Source of the DNA: Felis catus
Taxonomy: Eukaryota
NCBI RefSeq assembly: GCF_018350175.1
Contig: NC_058368.1
Coordinates: forward strand, 143,780,001 to 143,844,000
Length of the DNA: 64,000 bases
Direction: 5' to 3'
Below, in pieces: positions 26,756 to 38,358 of the stretch; positions within the stretch are counted from its first letter, which is position 1; each line of letters begins with the position of its first letter. The notes beneath the pieces are model-generated. The model saw only the letters and a list, made by a program, of their open reading frames with translations. It ran no database searches and was not told where the DNA came from. The position numbers were made by a program, and so were the translations under genes.

Positions 26756-27227
26756 GCGATATACATCCATGAAACAAGAACAGAATACTATATGTAGGAA
26801 AGAAAAGGAATAATCACGAAACAGAAAAGAGCTCTTGTGAGTTATAATTATGATAGCTAAAATAGTAAATTCAACAGAAACTCTGAAAGATAAAAGGAGG
26901 GGACTATCCAGTCAAGAGAACAAAGTAAATAGGTAGAAACTGAAAGAGAAAAGATGACCAACGGAGAAGGTTCAGTATCTACATAATAGAGTCCAGAAAA
27001 AAAATCAGAGACAATTTCCAGGAAATTTTAAAAGTTTAATTTTAAAAGTTTAATTGGCTAAGCCAAAGACATTTGCACAACCCACAGCTGGATCGGGGTG
27101 GGGGGGAGGATCTGGCTCCATTGGGTTCTACAAGACAAGGCATTTTCTCAAAGTTGACCACAAACAAGAACACGGTCCACAAAAGTAAAATAATAGGTGT
27201 TGTTGGCAAGAGAGGGTGAGCGCTGGA

Positions 27228-27649
27228 TGATGTGGGAAACAAAGGCAGAAGGAAATGGCAGATAAAATAAAATTTCCTTACAACCTGCAGCCCATTGACC
27301 AACACGTGAGGGTGGTTTCTCCAGAAACTCCCTACTGCCTTAATGCTGATGTTTTGCTAGAGGGAAAAACAACTTTAGCTTGACAATAGCTGGGCTCCCA
27401 GTATCCTGTGAGTCTTCTTTAGCACAAGAAAATCTCATTGGAAACTTCCCCTGGACTTTGCCTCCCCCAGCTCCATAGTATATCACTTGTGTCTCTTCAT
27501 GGTCCCGGGGCAGCTCTTCCTGCCCACGGGTCCCATCCCTGTGCTTTAATAAAATCACCTTCTTGCACCAAAGATGTCTTCAAGAATTATTTCTTGGCTG
27601 TTGGCTCTGGACCCCCACGAACCCCACTGTCCCCCAAAAAACCTCATCA
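27228..27649 (+). mobile_element. ERV solo LTR (422 bp)
   Basis: Termini TGATGTGGG...CCTCATCA form an inverted repeat. Internal AATAAA near 27548. Flanks CTGGA/ATGGA are a near-TSD. Confidence 0.8.
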
Positions 27650-28032
27650 ATGGACACCCAGAAACTACAAATGCCACTAATCAGGAATGCATGCTGCCTC
27701 CTAGTAGGCAAACATTCTTTTCTAACTTCTGATGGAATACCTTTAATAGAATCTGAGAATCCTATCAAATTTGTAATCTCCCCCTCCAGACGTTTTGTGC
27801 ATCGTCACAGATAGGTAAGGTTGCTCCTCCATATCCTACGTGCCAGTTGCTTTACATGGGTTCTCTCGCGAAAGCCTTACAACAGAGCAACAGACCCATT
27901 TTGCAAATGAGGGAACTACTGCCCAGAAAGGTCAAGAAGCAAGCTCACCCTTGGGGCGTAGGACTGGCTCAGTCCGTGGAGCATGCAACTCTTGATCTCA
28001 GGGTCCTGGCCCCACATTGGGCAAGCAGCCTA

Positions 28033-28086
<54 letters not shown>

Positions 28087-28409
28087 TAAAAAGGAAAAAA
28101 AAGAGAAGCAAGTTCACCAGCTAATGATGAAAGCCAGGATTTGGACCAAGTTCATCTGACCATGAAGCTTGCCCTCTTATCCATCCCCAAGACTTTATAT
28201 TCCTCTTACCAATGCACTCTCTCCGAGACCCAGTTGCCCCACTGCCCTTAAGATCCCCAAAGAGGATCGCAGGTGGGTCATTAAACGGTTATGATAACCT
28301 GAGCAGAGCAATGCACCAGGAGCACGGAGCTCCACACCTCAGCTTAGGGAGCCTCTGGCACCTAGGCCACCCAGAGGAGGTCCAACAGACTTCACCTTTC
28401 AGCTTTTTT

Positions 28410-28700
28410 AAACTGACATGTAACATTAATTTCAGGTGTACAACACAATGATTTGATTTTTGTGTATGTTGCAAAATGATCACCACAGTAACTCTAGTTA
28501 CCATCTGTCACCAATTACAAATTTTTTCTTATGATGAAAATTTTTAACACTCTCTTAGTAACTTTGAAATAAACAATACAGTATTGTTAACGACAGTCAC
28601 CATGTTGTACATTATGTCCCCCCCAGGACTTATTTTATAACTGGAAGTGTGTACCTTTAGACCCTCTTACACATTTTGTCCGCCTTCCCACACCCAGGAA
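28410..28700 (-). mobile_element. L1 3'-end fragment
   Basis: TTTCAGGTGTACAACA...ATACAGTATTGTTAAC...CACCATGTTGTACATT is an L1 3' UTR in reverse orientation. Confidence 0.75.
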
Positions 28701-29019
28701 CCACCAGCCTCACCTCTCCTCCCTCATCTCACTCAGGGGCTGCCAAAGCAGAAGCTCGGGTGGTTTTGAGCGTGCCCCACACAGGTGACACCTTCTCCCA
28801 GGCAGCAACAGACAAGGCCTCCAGTCCTTCACCAGCACAAGAGCAACTATGCCAAGAGCATCTGGCACTGGAAGGTTCAGTGGGCACAGGCTATGGGTTC
28901 GGTGGAGACGCACTTTGGAGCCCCTACCTCTATCTTTTTCTGCCTCTCTCTCCCTTGCTCGTTTCTTTAAAAACTGCTGACCTGGACAGAGAAGCTCTCA
29001 GCCTTTAGGAAACATTAAT

Positions 29020-29360
29020 TCTTTTTTCTTATTCTATTTTTTATTTTATTTTTTTACTTCAGGAATACAACTTAGTGATTCATCACTGACATATAACACC
29101 CAGTGCTCATCCCAACAAGTGTCCTCCTTAATGCCCATCATCCATTTAGCCCATCCCCCACCCAACACCCCTCCAGCAACCCTCAGTTTGTTCTCTGCAT
29201 TTAAGAGTCTCTTAAGGTTTGTCTCCTTCTCTGTTTTTATTTTTCCTTCCCTTCCTCTGTGTTAATCTGTTGTGTTTCTTAAATGCCACATTTGAGTGAA
29301 ATCATAGGGCATTTGTCTTTCTCTGACAATTTCACTTAGCATAATACACTCTAGTTCCAT
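29020..29360 (-). mobile_element. Short 5'-truncated carnivore L1 3' end
   Basis: T-rich tail followed by AACACCCAGTGCTCATCCCAACAAGTG...TTCACTTAGCATAATAC. Possible TSD AGGAAACATT/AGGAAAGATT. Confidence 0.8.
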
Positions 29361-29659
29361 AGGAAAGATTCTAAGTCCATCGAATGTGAGATCTCTATAA
29401 AAGTTCTTGAAGGGGGTCCCAATCTCAGGCCACAAATTCAGGTGTGTGAAAAACAAACTTTTCCTATCCTTCAGTTTGTTTTGATCCCTGTCTCACTGAC
29501 AAGGCAGGGATGTAATCTCAAATTGGAATTTACCCCCTGAACCCCAGATCTTGTCACAGTTCTGGGGTTTGAGGGATGGGGTCTTCGGTGTCTGGAGGGT
29601 GTCACATACGGTTACTTACCTTGTGCCCTGCCAACTGCAGACGCACCATCCAAAACTCT

Positions 29660-30385
29660 TCTACTGCTGCTGTAACAAATCACCACAAATGTAGAGGCTT
29701 AAAACGACATAAATATATGATCTTAAGGCTTCCGTAGGTCCGAAGTCCAACACAGGTTTTACTCAGGTGTTGGCTGAGCAAGGCTTCTATTGGAGGCCAT
29801 AGGGAAAAGTCATCTTCCAAGCCTGTTCAGGTTTTTGGCCCACGTCAGTTCTGTGATGTTTGTTTGTTTGTTTTTAAGTGTGTTTGTTTAAGTAAGTAAT
29901 CTCTAGGCCCGATGTGGGGCTTGAACACATGACCCCGAGATCAAGAGTCACATGCTCTTCTTCTGGGTGAGCCAGCCAAGCACCCCACAATTCAGTTCTT
30001 TGTATTTGAGGGACTGAAGTCTTCATTTTCCAGCTGGCTGTAGGCCAGGGTCACCCCCAGCTCCTAGAGGTCTCCTCCCTGGCCTTACTCATGGTACTCG
30101 TGGGCACCAACAAAGAAGAAGAAAATCCCTCTCATGCTTAAGCCTCTGACTTAGCCTCCTGCTGCAGCTCTCTGAGGGACTCTTCCGCTTTCCTCCTCTG
30201 CTTGATTCCATCAGGCCCACCTGGTTAATCCCTATCGTCCCTATTTTAGGTCAGCTGATTAGTAACCTTAATTCCACCTGCAAAGTCCCTTCCCAGCTGT
30301 ACTAAATTGGTGTTTGATCTGAATAACAAGGGTGGGAGATTGGGTCAGGGATCAGGGAGGGATCTCTGAAATTCCAACTACCATG
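29660..30385 (-). mobile_element. MLT1-type MaLR LTR relic with a SINE insertion
   Basis: GCTGCTGTAACAAATCACCACAAAT...GCTTAAAAC...CTGATTAGTAACCTTAATTCCACCTGCAAAGTCCC. Confidence 0.7.
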
Positions 30386-31432
30386 GAGACCCCTGTGTAA
30401 AGGCTTTCCAGAGGTGTGCCTGCAGCTGCCATGGGAGCTGCTGAGACATCGCTTGCCCCTTCAGCCCACGGTCACCGGAACATGAGCCAATCTTTCAAGG
30501 TCATGGCCCTTTTTTTTTTTTTTTAAATGTTTTTATTTATTTTTGAGAGAGAGAGAGAGAGAATGCAAGCAGGGGAGGGGCAGAGAGAGAGAGACACACA
30601 CAGAATCAGAAGTGGGCTTCAGGCCCTGAGCTGTCATACAAAGCCCAACATGGGGTTCTGTGCTTGTGAACTGCAAGATCATGATCAGAGCCCAAGTCAG
30701 ACACTTAACTGACTGTGCCACCCAAGGTGATGGTCCTCTTAATGCTGAAGCCTCACTGTTATTACTCTGGCTGTCATGGGAAGGCACTTACTCTGCTCTG
30801 AACCACACAAGGATGGGACCTCTCAAGGCCAAGGTATCACCTCTGCCTGAACACACAACATAAGCTATTTCCTATCTGGGATCTCCCAAGGCTCTTTCTA
30901 GTTTTCAGGGTGGAGGACACCCCCAATTCTCCATCTAGGAACCACCATTTCTGTCCTGTCATTGTTTTTTCCTCTTCCTCCCTTCCACCACCCCAGAGGG
31001 ATCTTTTCTCATATACAGAGGAAATCACCCTCTCTTCAAATACAACAAATACTACATCCCAAATACTTTGCTTAGATCCAGAGTCCTTTCTGTCCTGGAG
31101 TGGCTTTAGGTTTCAGAATCTGAGGCCTGGTCCTGTTCTCCTCTCTGTCATGTTCCTTACCTGAAGCAAAGGGCCTGGAAAATCAGCAGCTTTCAGGTCC
31201 AAGTTTGTGTGTGTTGGGGTGGGGGTTGGGAGACGCAAAGCAAAGCAAACATGTTTTCCTGCCACTCTCCTGATGTGGTCTCTTCTTTAAAATGCCCTTG
31301 GCACTTGGTCCCTCCCAGGCTCCCATCCTTGGTTACTAAGTTGGAGACGACATCTCCCTCTTTAAGCACTGGGCAAGGTGGGGCTGTGTGCAGCTTTGAG
31401 GCCTGCACCCTACTTGTGAGTCTATTTTGTTC

Positions 31433-31980
31433 TGAGAGGCCTGAGAAAATTAAAACTTAAAAGCTTAAGTTATGGGAAACTGAAACCTAACCAAGCTTAA
31501 CCAGCTTGTTCCGCTTCTGTACAATTGCTTGGCGCGCCCATGTATTCCTGATCAATCATTATTGCCTGGCACATCCGTATATTCTTGATCAACCATTGTT
31601 ACTTGGCACATCCGTGTACTCCTGATCAATCATTGTTGCTTGGCACATCCGTGTATTCCTGATCAATCATTGTGACACCCGTGCCCCCGGTTGTGGTCTG
31701 ACCTAAAGGCAGGAACCAATCAAATACTGCTAAGTGTCCAACTTTAAACACCAACCAATCGCAGCTCTGTAACTGTGGAAAATTCCTGATTTCCCCATGA
31801 CTTGTCTGTACCTGTCTATAAAAGGGGTGTAAAAACCTCTCTCAGGGCCTCTTGGCGTCACCGGCAACGGGGGCGCAGAGGTCCAGGTTCGAACCTGCAA
31901 TAAATGACCCTTGCTGCTTAGCTTTGACTCTGGACTCTGGTGGTTCGTTTTTGGGGGTCTCTTAGACTCTGGGCATTTCA
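31433..31980 (+). mobile_element. Young gammaretrovirus-like (ERV1) solo LTR (548 bp)
   Basis: TG...CA ends with a perfect 4-bp TSD GTTC (31429-31432 and 31981-31984). U3 tandem repeats, two CCAAT boxes, TATAAAA near 31818, AATAAA near 31899. Confidence 0.92.
31527..31674 (+). repeat. 4 x 37-bp tandem repeat in the LTR U3
   Basis: Unit GCTTGGCACATCCGTGTATTCCTGATCAATCATTGTT, starting at 31527, 31564, 31601 and 31638. Confidence 0.95.
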
Positions 31981-32574
31981 GTTCCCTTTACAGGGCCCAC
32001 TTCAGAGCTCACCTCTCTATGTGGCCTCTCCTTCCCTTCTTGGGGATTCTCACACTTGCTCTCCAATGTCCTTTCAAGGAGATAAAGACACTCTCCACTA
32101 CTAAGAGGGCTTGTTCTCAGGATCAAACTGAAAGGTCAAAGTGAGAGCAAGTCGCAAGAACCTGTCCCGTGGATGAATTTACTCTTGTGCCCCGGGGACC
32201 ACCTGGAAGGATCACATTACGCTCAGCCCCCCACCCTAACCATGCAAGCAGGTCTAAGAGCATAAGAGGAACAGAGCCAGGGAGGAAAATCCTTCAGATC
32301 AACATAGTTTCACTGATCTTCTAGCCAGTACTGGGCAAAGGGCCAGTGGAATTTCTAAAAGGAACATAACCTTGATCCTTGTCCTCAGGCAGCTTAAGAT
32401 CATTGAAGAGAACCAAGAATCTCACGTAAGTGAATGAGACCAGCCACCATCGGGAAGGAGCAAGTTCTCTCCAAGACAAGTCTGTGTAATGAAGAGTGAG
32501 CTATGCAAACTGTAAAGTGGGGGGGGGGGGGGGGGGGCGGGCAGGGAGGCGGTGAGGCAGACGTTACCACAGGC

Positions 32575-32970
32575 ATTCTGTTAATTTGCTGGGGCTGCTG
32601 TAACAAAGTTGTGTAAACTGAGTGGCTTAAACCACAGATATTTATTATCTCACGGTTCCAGAGAGTCATCTTGAAAATCAAAGTTTGTTCTGAGGGCCCA
32701 GAGGGAAGGATCTGTCCAGGCCTCTCTCCTCAACTTCTTGATGGCCATCTTCTCCCTGTTTCTCTTCACATCGCTGTCCCTCTCTGCATATCTGTGTCCA
32801 CATGTCCTATTTTTACCAGGACACCATTTATATTGGATCAGGGCCCAGTCCCATGACCTTGTTTTAACTTGATGATCTCTGTAAAAACCCTTTTTTCCAA
32901 TAGGGTCACATTCTGATGTACTGGGGGTTAGGACTCCAATATATCTTTTCTAGGGGACACAATTTAACTC
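32575..32970 (-). mobile_element. MLT1-type MaLR LTR relic
   Basis: GGGCTGCTGTAACAAAG...GGTCACATTCTGA.GTACTGGGGGTTAGGACT...GGGGACACAATTTAAC. Confidence 0.78.
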
Positions 32971-33524
32971 GTAATGGGTGGCTTCCGGGAGGGGGACTTG
33001 AAAGACTTGAAATTTGGCCATTTGAAGGGGGAGGTCCCCAAGCACAGGTAGGTATTGGGTAGTCTTGCACTTTGTGATTACTGAATTAATTGTAGGATTT
33101 GGAACTGTAGGAACATCTTCAAGGCCAAAAGATACCATGTTGCAGAGGCCTTCTTTATGCCTGTGCATATGCCCCACATACGTGTAAAACAGAATCCTGG
33201 CCTCTGAGGAGACTGTGCCCAGCCATAGGCTTTGGCTAAAACCAAGTCCCCCAGTTTTCCCACCAAAGGGGAAATCTTCTGGGATACCCCTTGAGGACCA
33301 TAGTGGAGACTGATTCAGAGGACAGCAAGCAGCCAGAGTTGCCTAAGGGTTAGGGAGGACCACCACCACACACACAAACACGGAAAAATCAAGCCCCTCC
33401 CCCTGCCCTCTTGAATGGCTTATGGGTCCAGGATCCAGACAGGGTAGAGGAAGGAGAGCCACTGGGCCTCTGCCTTACATTCGTGATCTACATTTTACTT
33501 CTGATGTTATTTCCAAATGTGTTT

Positions 33525-34300
33525 GTTATGAGCTGAGTTGTGTGCTCCTGAAAGGGCGGGCCTACACCGACCAACTCCATCTTGTTCTGTGTCCTTCACC
33601 TTGAGTGAAACCTCAGACCACGCCTCCACCCCTTGAGTAACCTCCCGCTCACCCATTCAAACTTCCCGATCAAAACAAGCCCAGCGACCTGTGTAACAGG
33701 ACTCCGACCCTTCCCCGGCCAATCGGCCGAGGCCATGACCCTTCCCCAGCCAATCGGCTGAGGCCACAGCCATTACTTCACCAACTTCCCCCAGACCCCA
33801 ATAAAACCTTTGTGCTTTTGAAACTCCCTCTCTCTCCCCGGCATCTCACCCCTGCGTGGGTGCAGGTAGGGGATTGAGCTGGAGCTAGCTCAAATAAAGG
33901 CTCTTTGCTTTTGCATCGGACTTGGCTCCCTGGTGGTCTTTGGGAATCATGAATTCTGGGCATAACACTCCCAAAATTCTAATGTTGAAGTTCCTAACCC
34001 CTATGACTTCAGAATGTAACTTGATTTAGAGATAGGGTTTATAAAGAAGTAATTAAGTTAAAATGAGGTCATTAGCGTGAGCCCTGATCCAACATGACTG
34101 GTGTCCTTATAAGAAGACAACTGGACACAGAACACAGAAAAAAACATGGGAACAGATGGAAATCTACAAGCCAAGACGAGAGACCTCATAAGAAGCCAAC
34201 CCTGCAGACAGCTTGATTATAGACTTCCAGCTTCCAGAACTGTGAGACAATTTCTGCTGTTGAAGCCACCAAATCTGTGGTACTAACAGTCCTAGCAAAT
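33525..34300 (+). mobile_element. MLT1-type MaLR LTR split by the ERV1 LTR
   Basis: TGTTATGAGCTGAGTTGTGT|...|GTAATTAAGTTAAAATGAGGTCATTAG...GACTTCCAGCTTCCAGAACTGTGAGA. Confidence 0.8.
33549..33967 (+). mobile_element. Young ERV1-like solo LTR (419 bp) nested in a MaLR LTR
   Basis: TGAAAGGG...CATAACA with a perfect 4-bp TSD CTCC. A 31-bp CCAAT-containing unit is duplicated (33706-33767). AATAAA near 33893. Confidence 0.92.
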
Positions 34301-37289
34301 CAATATTCCTATCAATATTCCTATTGTGTGTGTTATTACACATTTTTTAAGTGTATTTATGTATTTTGAGAGAGATAGAGACAGCACAAGCAGGGGATGG
34401 GCAGAGAGAAAGGGAGAGAGAGAATCCCAAACAGGCTCCGTGCTGCCAACCACGGAGCCCAACATAGGGCTCGAACTCACAAACCCGTGAGATCACGGCC
34501 TGAGCCAAAACCAAGAGTCAGATGTTCAACCAACTGAGCCATCCAGGTGCCCCTTTCACATTAATTTTTAAATGAAAATATTAAAAGACTATAACATTTT
34601 AATCTGGGTATTTCTGCCTTTTCAATATATTGGAAACCACTACCACCCCTCAAAAATGAAAGTGGCTCGGGTCTCTCTGTACCTCCGAGCAGACCGGATG
34701 CCGTGTCTCGGCTGTAAGAAGAGAATCCAGCAGCCTGCTGTCAACTCTCTGGAGATCCAAAATGATAGTGTGCCTAAACGCAGCCTTCATATCTGGCCCG
34801 ACAGCCAGCTGGCACCCTTGAACTGAAGAGAGGGCTCTGAGCTTTCTCAGCAGGCTGGCAACATCCCAGCCCCCCTCCTCCCAACCCCCACACAACCATC
34901 TGGAAAATGAAAATAATACCTTCTGCTTCCTACCAAGCCCCAAGGACCCCGTGAGGGACAGGGAGAGATTATCCACTAAGCCCCCACATTCCTAGAGAAG
35001 GTTGCCCTGGAATAGGCTATTGTCCAGCCTCCTTTACCCTAAATAGCAGAAGATGTGCATCATTGCTCTCTCCGGCTGCCCTGGCCTCAGGAGCCCCTGC
35101 TGCCTCTAGCCCACAGGATTGAAGTGGAGGCTTCCCAGAGGCTCCAGCTCCTCAGCCGGGCCCCTCTCCTCCAGCTCCCTGCAGTGTTATGCAAACTTAG
35201 TGCACCTGGGGATTTGTTAGACTGCAGACTCTAGCTTCTGCATTTCCCCCTGGTGATACAGATGTTACTGGTCAGGGTGGGAAAGTGCTAGACAATACAG
35301 CAGGAGGGAATTGGAGTCTCACACGCACTGTGGCAGAAACCTGGACTCCCAGTCAAGCGGCTTGATGGTTGTTTGGAGGAAAGTGTGCCGCTCTCCCCGG
35401 TGGCTCAGAGGGGGATGCAGATCCGCCTGAGCTTTTGCCCAGACACATTTGCACACACTTCAAGGTGGGCACACGGCCCCAGAGTTAGGGCGGCGTTTAG
35501 CTGGCTTTCAGTCCGGCGCCAGCAATTAATCTGTAAATTAGGGCCCTGGAATCCATAGGTGGGCACAGTTCAGTTTTGAACTGTTTCTCAGGGACAACGC
35601 AGCCCCTCTCCAGATGGACTTCTCTGCACCTTCCCTCCTTCCAGTGAGGGCTGGCCCAGGCCCCAGGGAGGATTCGTTCTGGTTAATTGCACTTTTCCTG
35701 GCAGGGTTTCCAGGCTTATGAATTTTGTCTCTTGCCAAAGGCAGAGTATCAGCTGGCAACCGAGAGCGCGGGCTGCAGCTAATCAGGTGCAATCCTTTTT
35801 TAATGGCATCTTTCTTCCCCCTGATTATCAAAATCATGCAACTCACTTTGGCAAATTCAGAAAACATTGAAAAGTATAAAGAAGGAAATAATCCTGCAAT
35901 TCTAGAAGTCAAAAAATAATCCATTTTAACATTTTGAAAAATGTCCTTCCCATCCTGTATGTACTTAAGTGCCATCAGTATACAGTTCCACGCTGGGCTC
36001 CCCAGACTCCCTGAAAGCATGATTTTCAATAGCTACATAATACTTTCCCCAAATGAACTCTGAGCAACTTGAGGGCAGGACTTGTTCCCTTTAATATTCC
36101 TAGAATTTGACAAATAGTAGGTGTTCAACAAACTTCTGTTGAATAAATGAAAATTTCCTGACTGTATTGCTTACTGCATGAAAGATTTTTGCTCATTTCG
36201 ATACCAGGTGAATCTCGGAAGACTAGGTAAGGGTATTACAAAAAATACAAATAGAGGTCAAGTGCAGTTACCCTCTGCAAGCAAGGCCATCTAGAACTCT
36301 CCTATGGATCTACGATAATTGTCCAGTGGGGATTCCCACCTCTGCTAACAAATGAAAATTGTAGAAAGGAAGGATATCCTTGATTGGGGTGCTTAATAGA
36401 TTAGTCACAAAGTCAATTCAACATTGAAACGGATAGAAGACATCAATTCCAACAAATGTGAAAGAAATCAGCAATCTGGCCTCATCTGGGAAAGCCATGC
36501 TGAGGAAGGCTGGGGGTGGTAGATGAGTATGGGGCAGGGCTGAAAGCCTCGTCTTGGCTGCTGCAATGCAAAATCAGGCCCCTTACCTCTGGCGCCGCTG
36601 GCATTCTGTCTTGTCTTTCCTCTCCTTGGAGAGGCAGGCTATATTCAATCTCCTTTACAAACCCTAAAACCAGGCTTTCCTGTCAAGAGTCAGGGCCAGA
36701 CACTTTCCATTGCCTCTTGAACTGAGGATATTTTACCTGGGCCTCAAGTCCTGTAACATCGATAGTTTCTGGGAAAAAAAACAAATGAAAATCCAGCCTT
36801 GCTATGCCTCCTCTAACTGAAAAAAGGGTGGGACAGACCGAGTCGGTCCAGGTCACCACAAACCTTACAGGAAACTTCAGTCCATAGTCCCCATTTCCTT
36901 CTATGGGACTTGCGTGCGCTCTCTCCATGCCCTGTGGCTGAGGTGGGGAGTGACGGGGAGCGCTCACAGACCCTCTCCCCCACTGTGGGCAGAAGCTCAG
37001 TGGCAGAACTCAGAAACTGGTGGCTTACCTCCAAGAGGATGTCATACACCCCTCCAGTGGTCCGGAAGCAGCCAGAGCTCAGCTGGCATCCAGCCCCATG
37101 CATCTGACTCATTAGCACACCTCTGCGGAGCCAGACCTGCCTGGAGGGCTCAGACTCCTGGAGACCATTGTTCATTCCACATCCCTGCTCTGGCCATCTA
37201 AAGTTGTGGAGCCCTGAACTGCAATGACTAACCTAAGCACGCGCTAGAGAAATAACTCAGAAGGAAAGTGGCGCAGGGAATGGCTTAAT

Positions 37290-37520
37290 CCAACACTTGG
37301 AGGTAAGACAGACCTGAGTTCCAGTTCTCGCTCTGCCACTTAACGCCATCCAACCACAGAGGGAATATGACCTCTCTGAGCCTCCTTTTCCTCATTTGTA
37401 AAACAGCCTCATACTGGTACCTACCTGGGAACTGGTGGGAGGTTTAACTGAGATGTGCTGGTCTGGCACTGTACCTGGTGCCTAGCACATATTAGGTGCT
37501 CAATATTGGAAATGACGAAG
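37290..37520 (+). mobile_element. MIR SINE relic (others near 22550, 38370, 39520, 61700 and 63030)
   Basis: MIR core CTCTGCCACTTA...CCTCTCTGAGCCTC...TTCCTCATTTGTAAAA. Confidence 0.7.
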
Positions 37521-37947
37521 GTGATGATGATGATGACATAAGTTTGCCACAACCAAGAGGAAGGCGGCAGATGCTGACCAATAATTACATGGGCACACTG
37601 ACTCCCCAGTTCCAGCAATCTCTTTCTCTGATTTTTTTTTTTTTCCCAATCTGTCAGCACATGCCATTCCATCAGCCCTGAATGCAACCTGATGTTTTTG
37701 CTTAAAATAAATGGTTAGGGACACCTGGGTGGCCCAGTGGTTGAGCGTCTAACTTCGGCTCTGGTCATGACTTCATGGTCTGTGAGTTCGAGCACTGCAT
37801 TGGGCTCTGTGCTGACAGCTCAGAGTCTAGAGCCTGATTTGTATTCTGTGCCTCCCTCTCTCTGCCCCTAGTCCACTCACACTTTCTCTCTTCGTCTCTC
37901 AAAAATAAATTAACCCCTCCCCCCACCAAAAAAAACCCAAACAGATT

Positions 37948-38358
37948 GTATTAGTTTCCTGTGGTTGCTGGAAAAAATTACCCAAAATTGGTATCTTAAA
38001 ACACAGAAATTATTCTCTTACAGTTCTGGAAACCGGAAGTCTGAAATCAAGATGTCGCACTCCCTCTGTGTCCCTCTGTGTCCATCCCTTGCCTCTACTA
38101 GCTTCTGATGACTATTGGCATTCCTTGGCTTGTAGCTGCTTCCCTCCAATCTCTGCCTAGTGGGCACAACACCTTCTTTTCTGTGTCTGTTTTCTGCTAC
38201 GGTGTCTCCTATAAAGAAACTTGTCACCCACCTTATTAATCCAGGATGCTCTTATCTCCAGTTCCCTAACTTCATTACGTCTGCAAAGGTGACACTCATG
38301 GGTTCTGGGGATTAGGATGTGGACACATCTGAGGGAGGCCACCTTTTAGTCCACCACT
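37948..38358 (-). mobile_element. MLT1-type MaLR LTR relic
   Basis: TGTATTAGTTTCCT...CAGTTCTGGA...GGTTCTGGGGATTAGGATGTGGACA. Confidence 0.75.

Noticed and set aside
31527..31674. Regular 37-bp repeats resembling a CRISPR array
   Set aside because: No unique spacers, eukaryotic context, and the array lies in an LTR U3.
31433..33967. Two LTRs as the ends of one deleted provirus
   Set aside because: Each has its own TSD and a different U3. The interval shows no primer-binding site, gag/pol/env remnants or polypurine tract.
34680..34825. Possible minus-strand alternative exon (ctcttcag...gag|gtacag)
   Set aside because: Weak donor and no recognisable protein similarity. It cannot be supported without transcript data.
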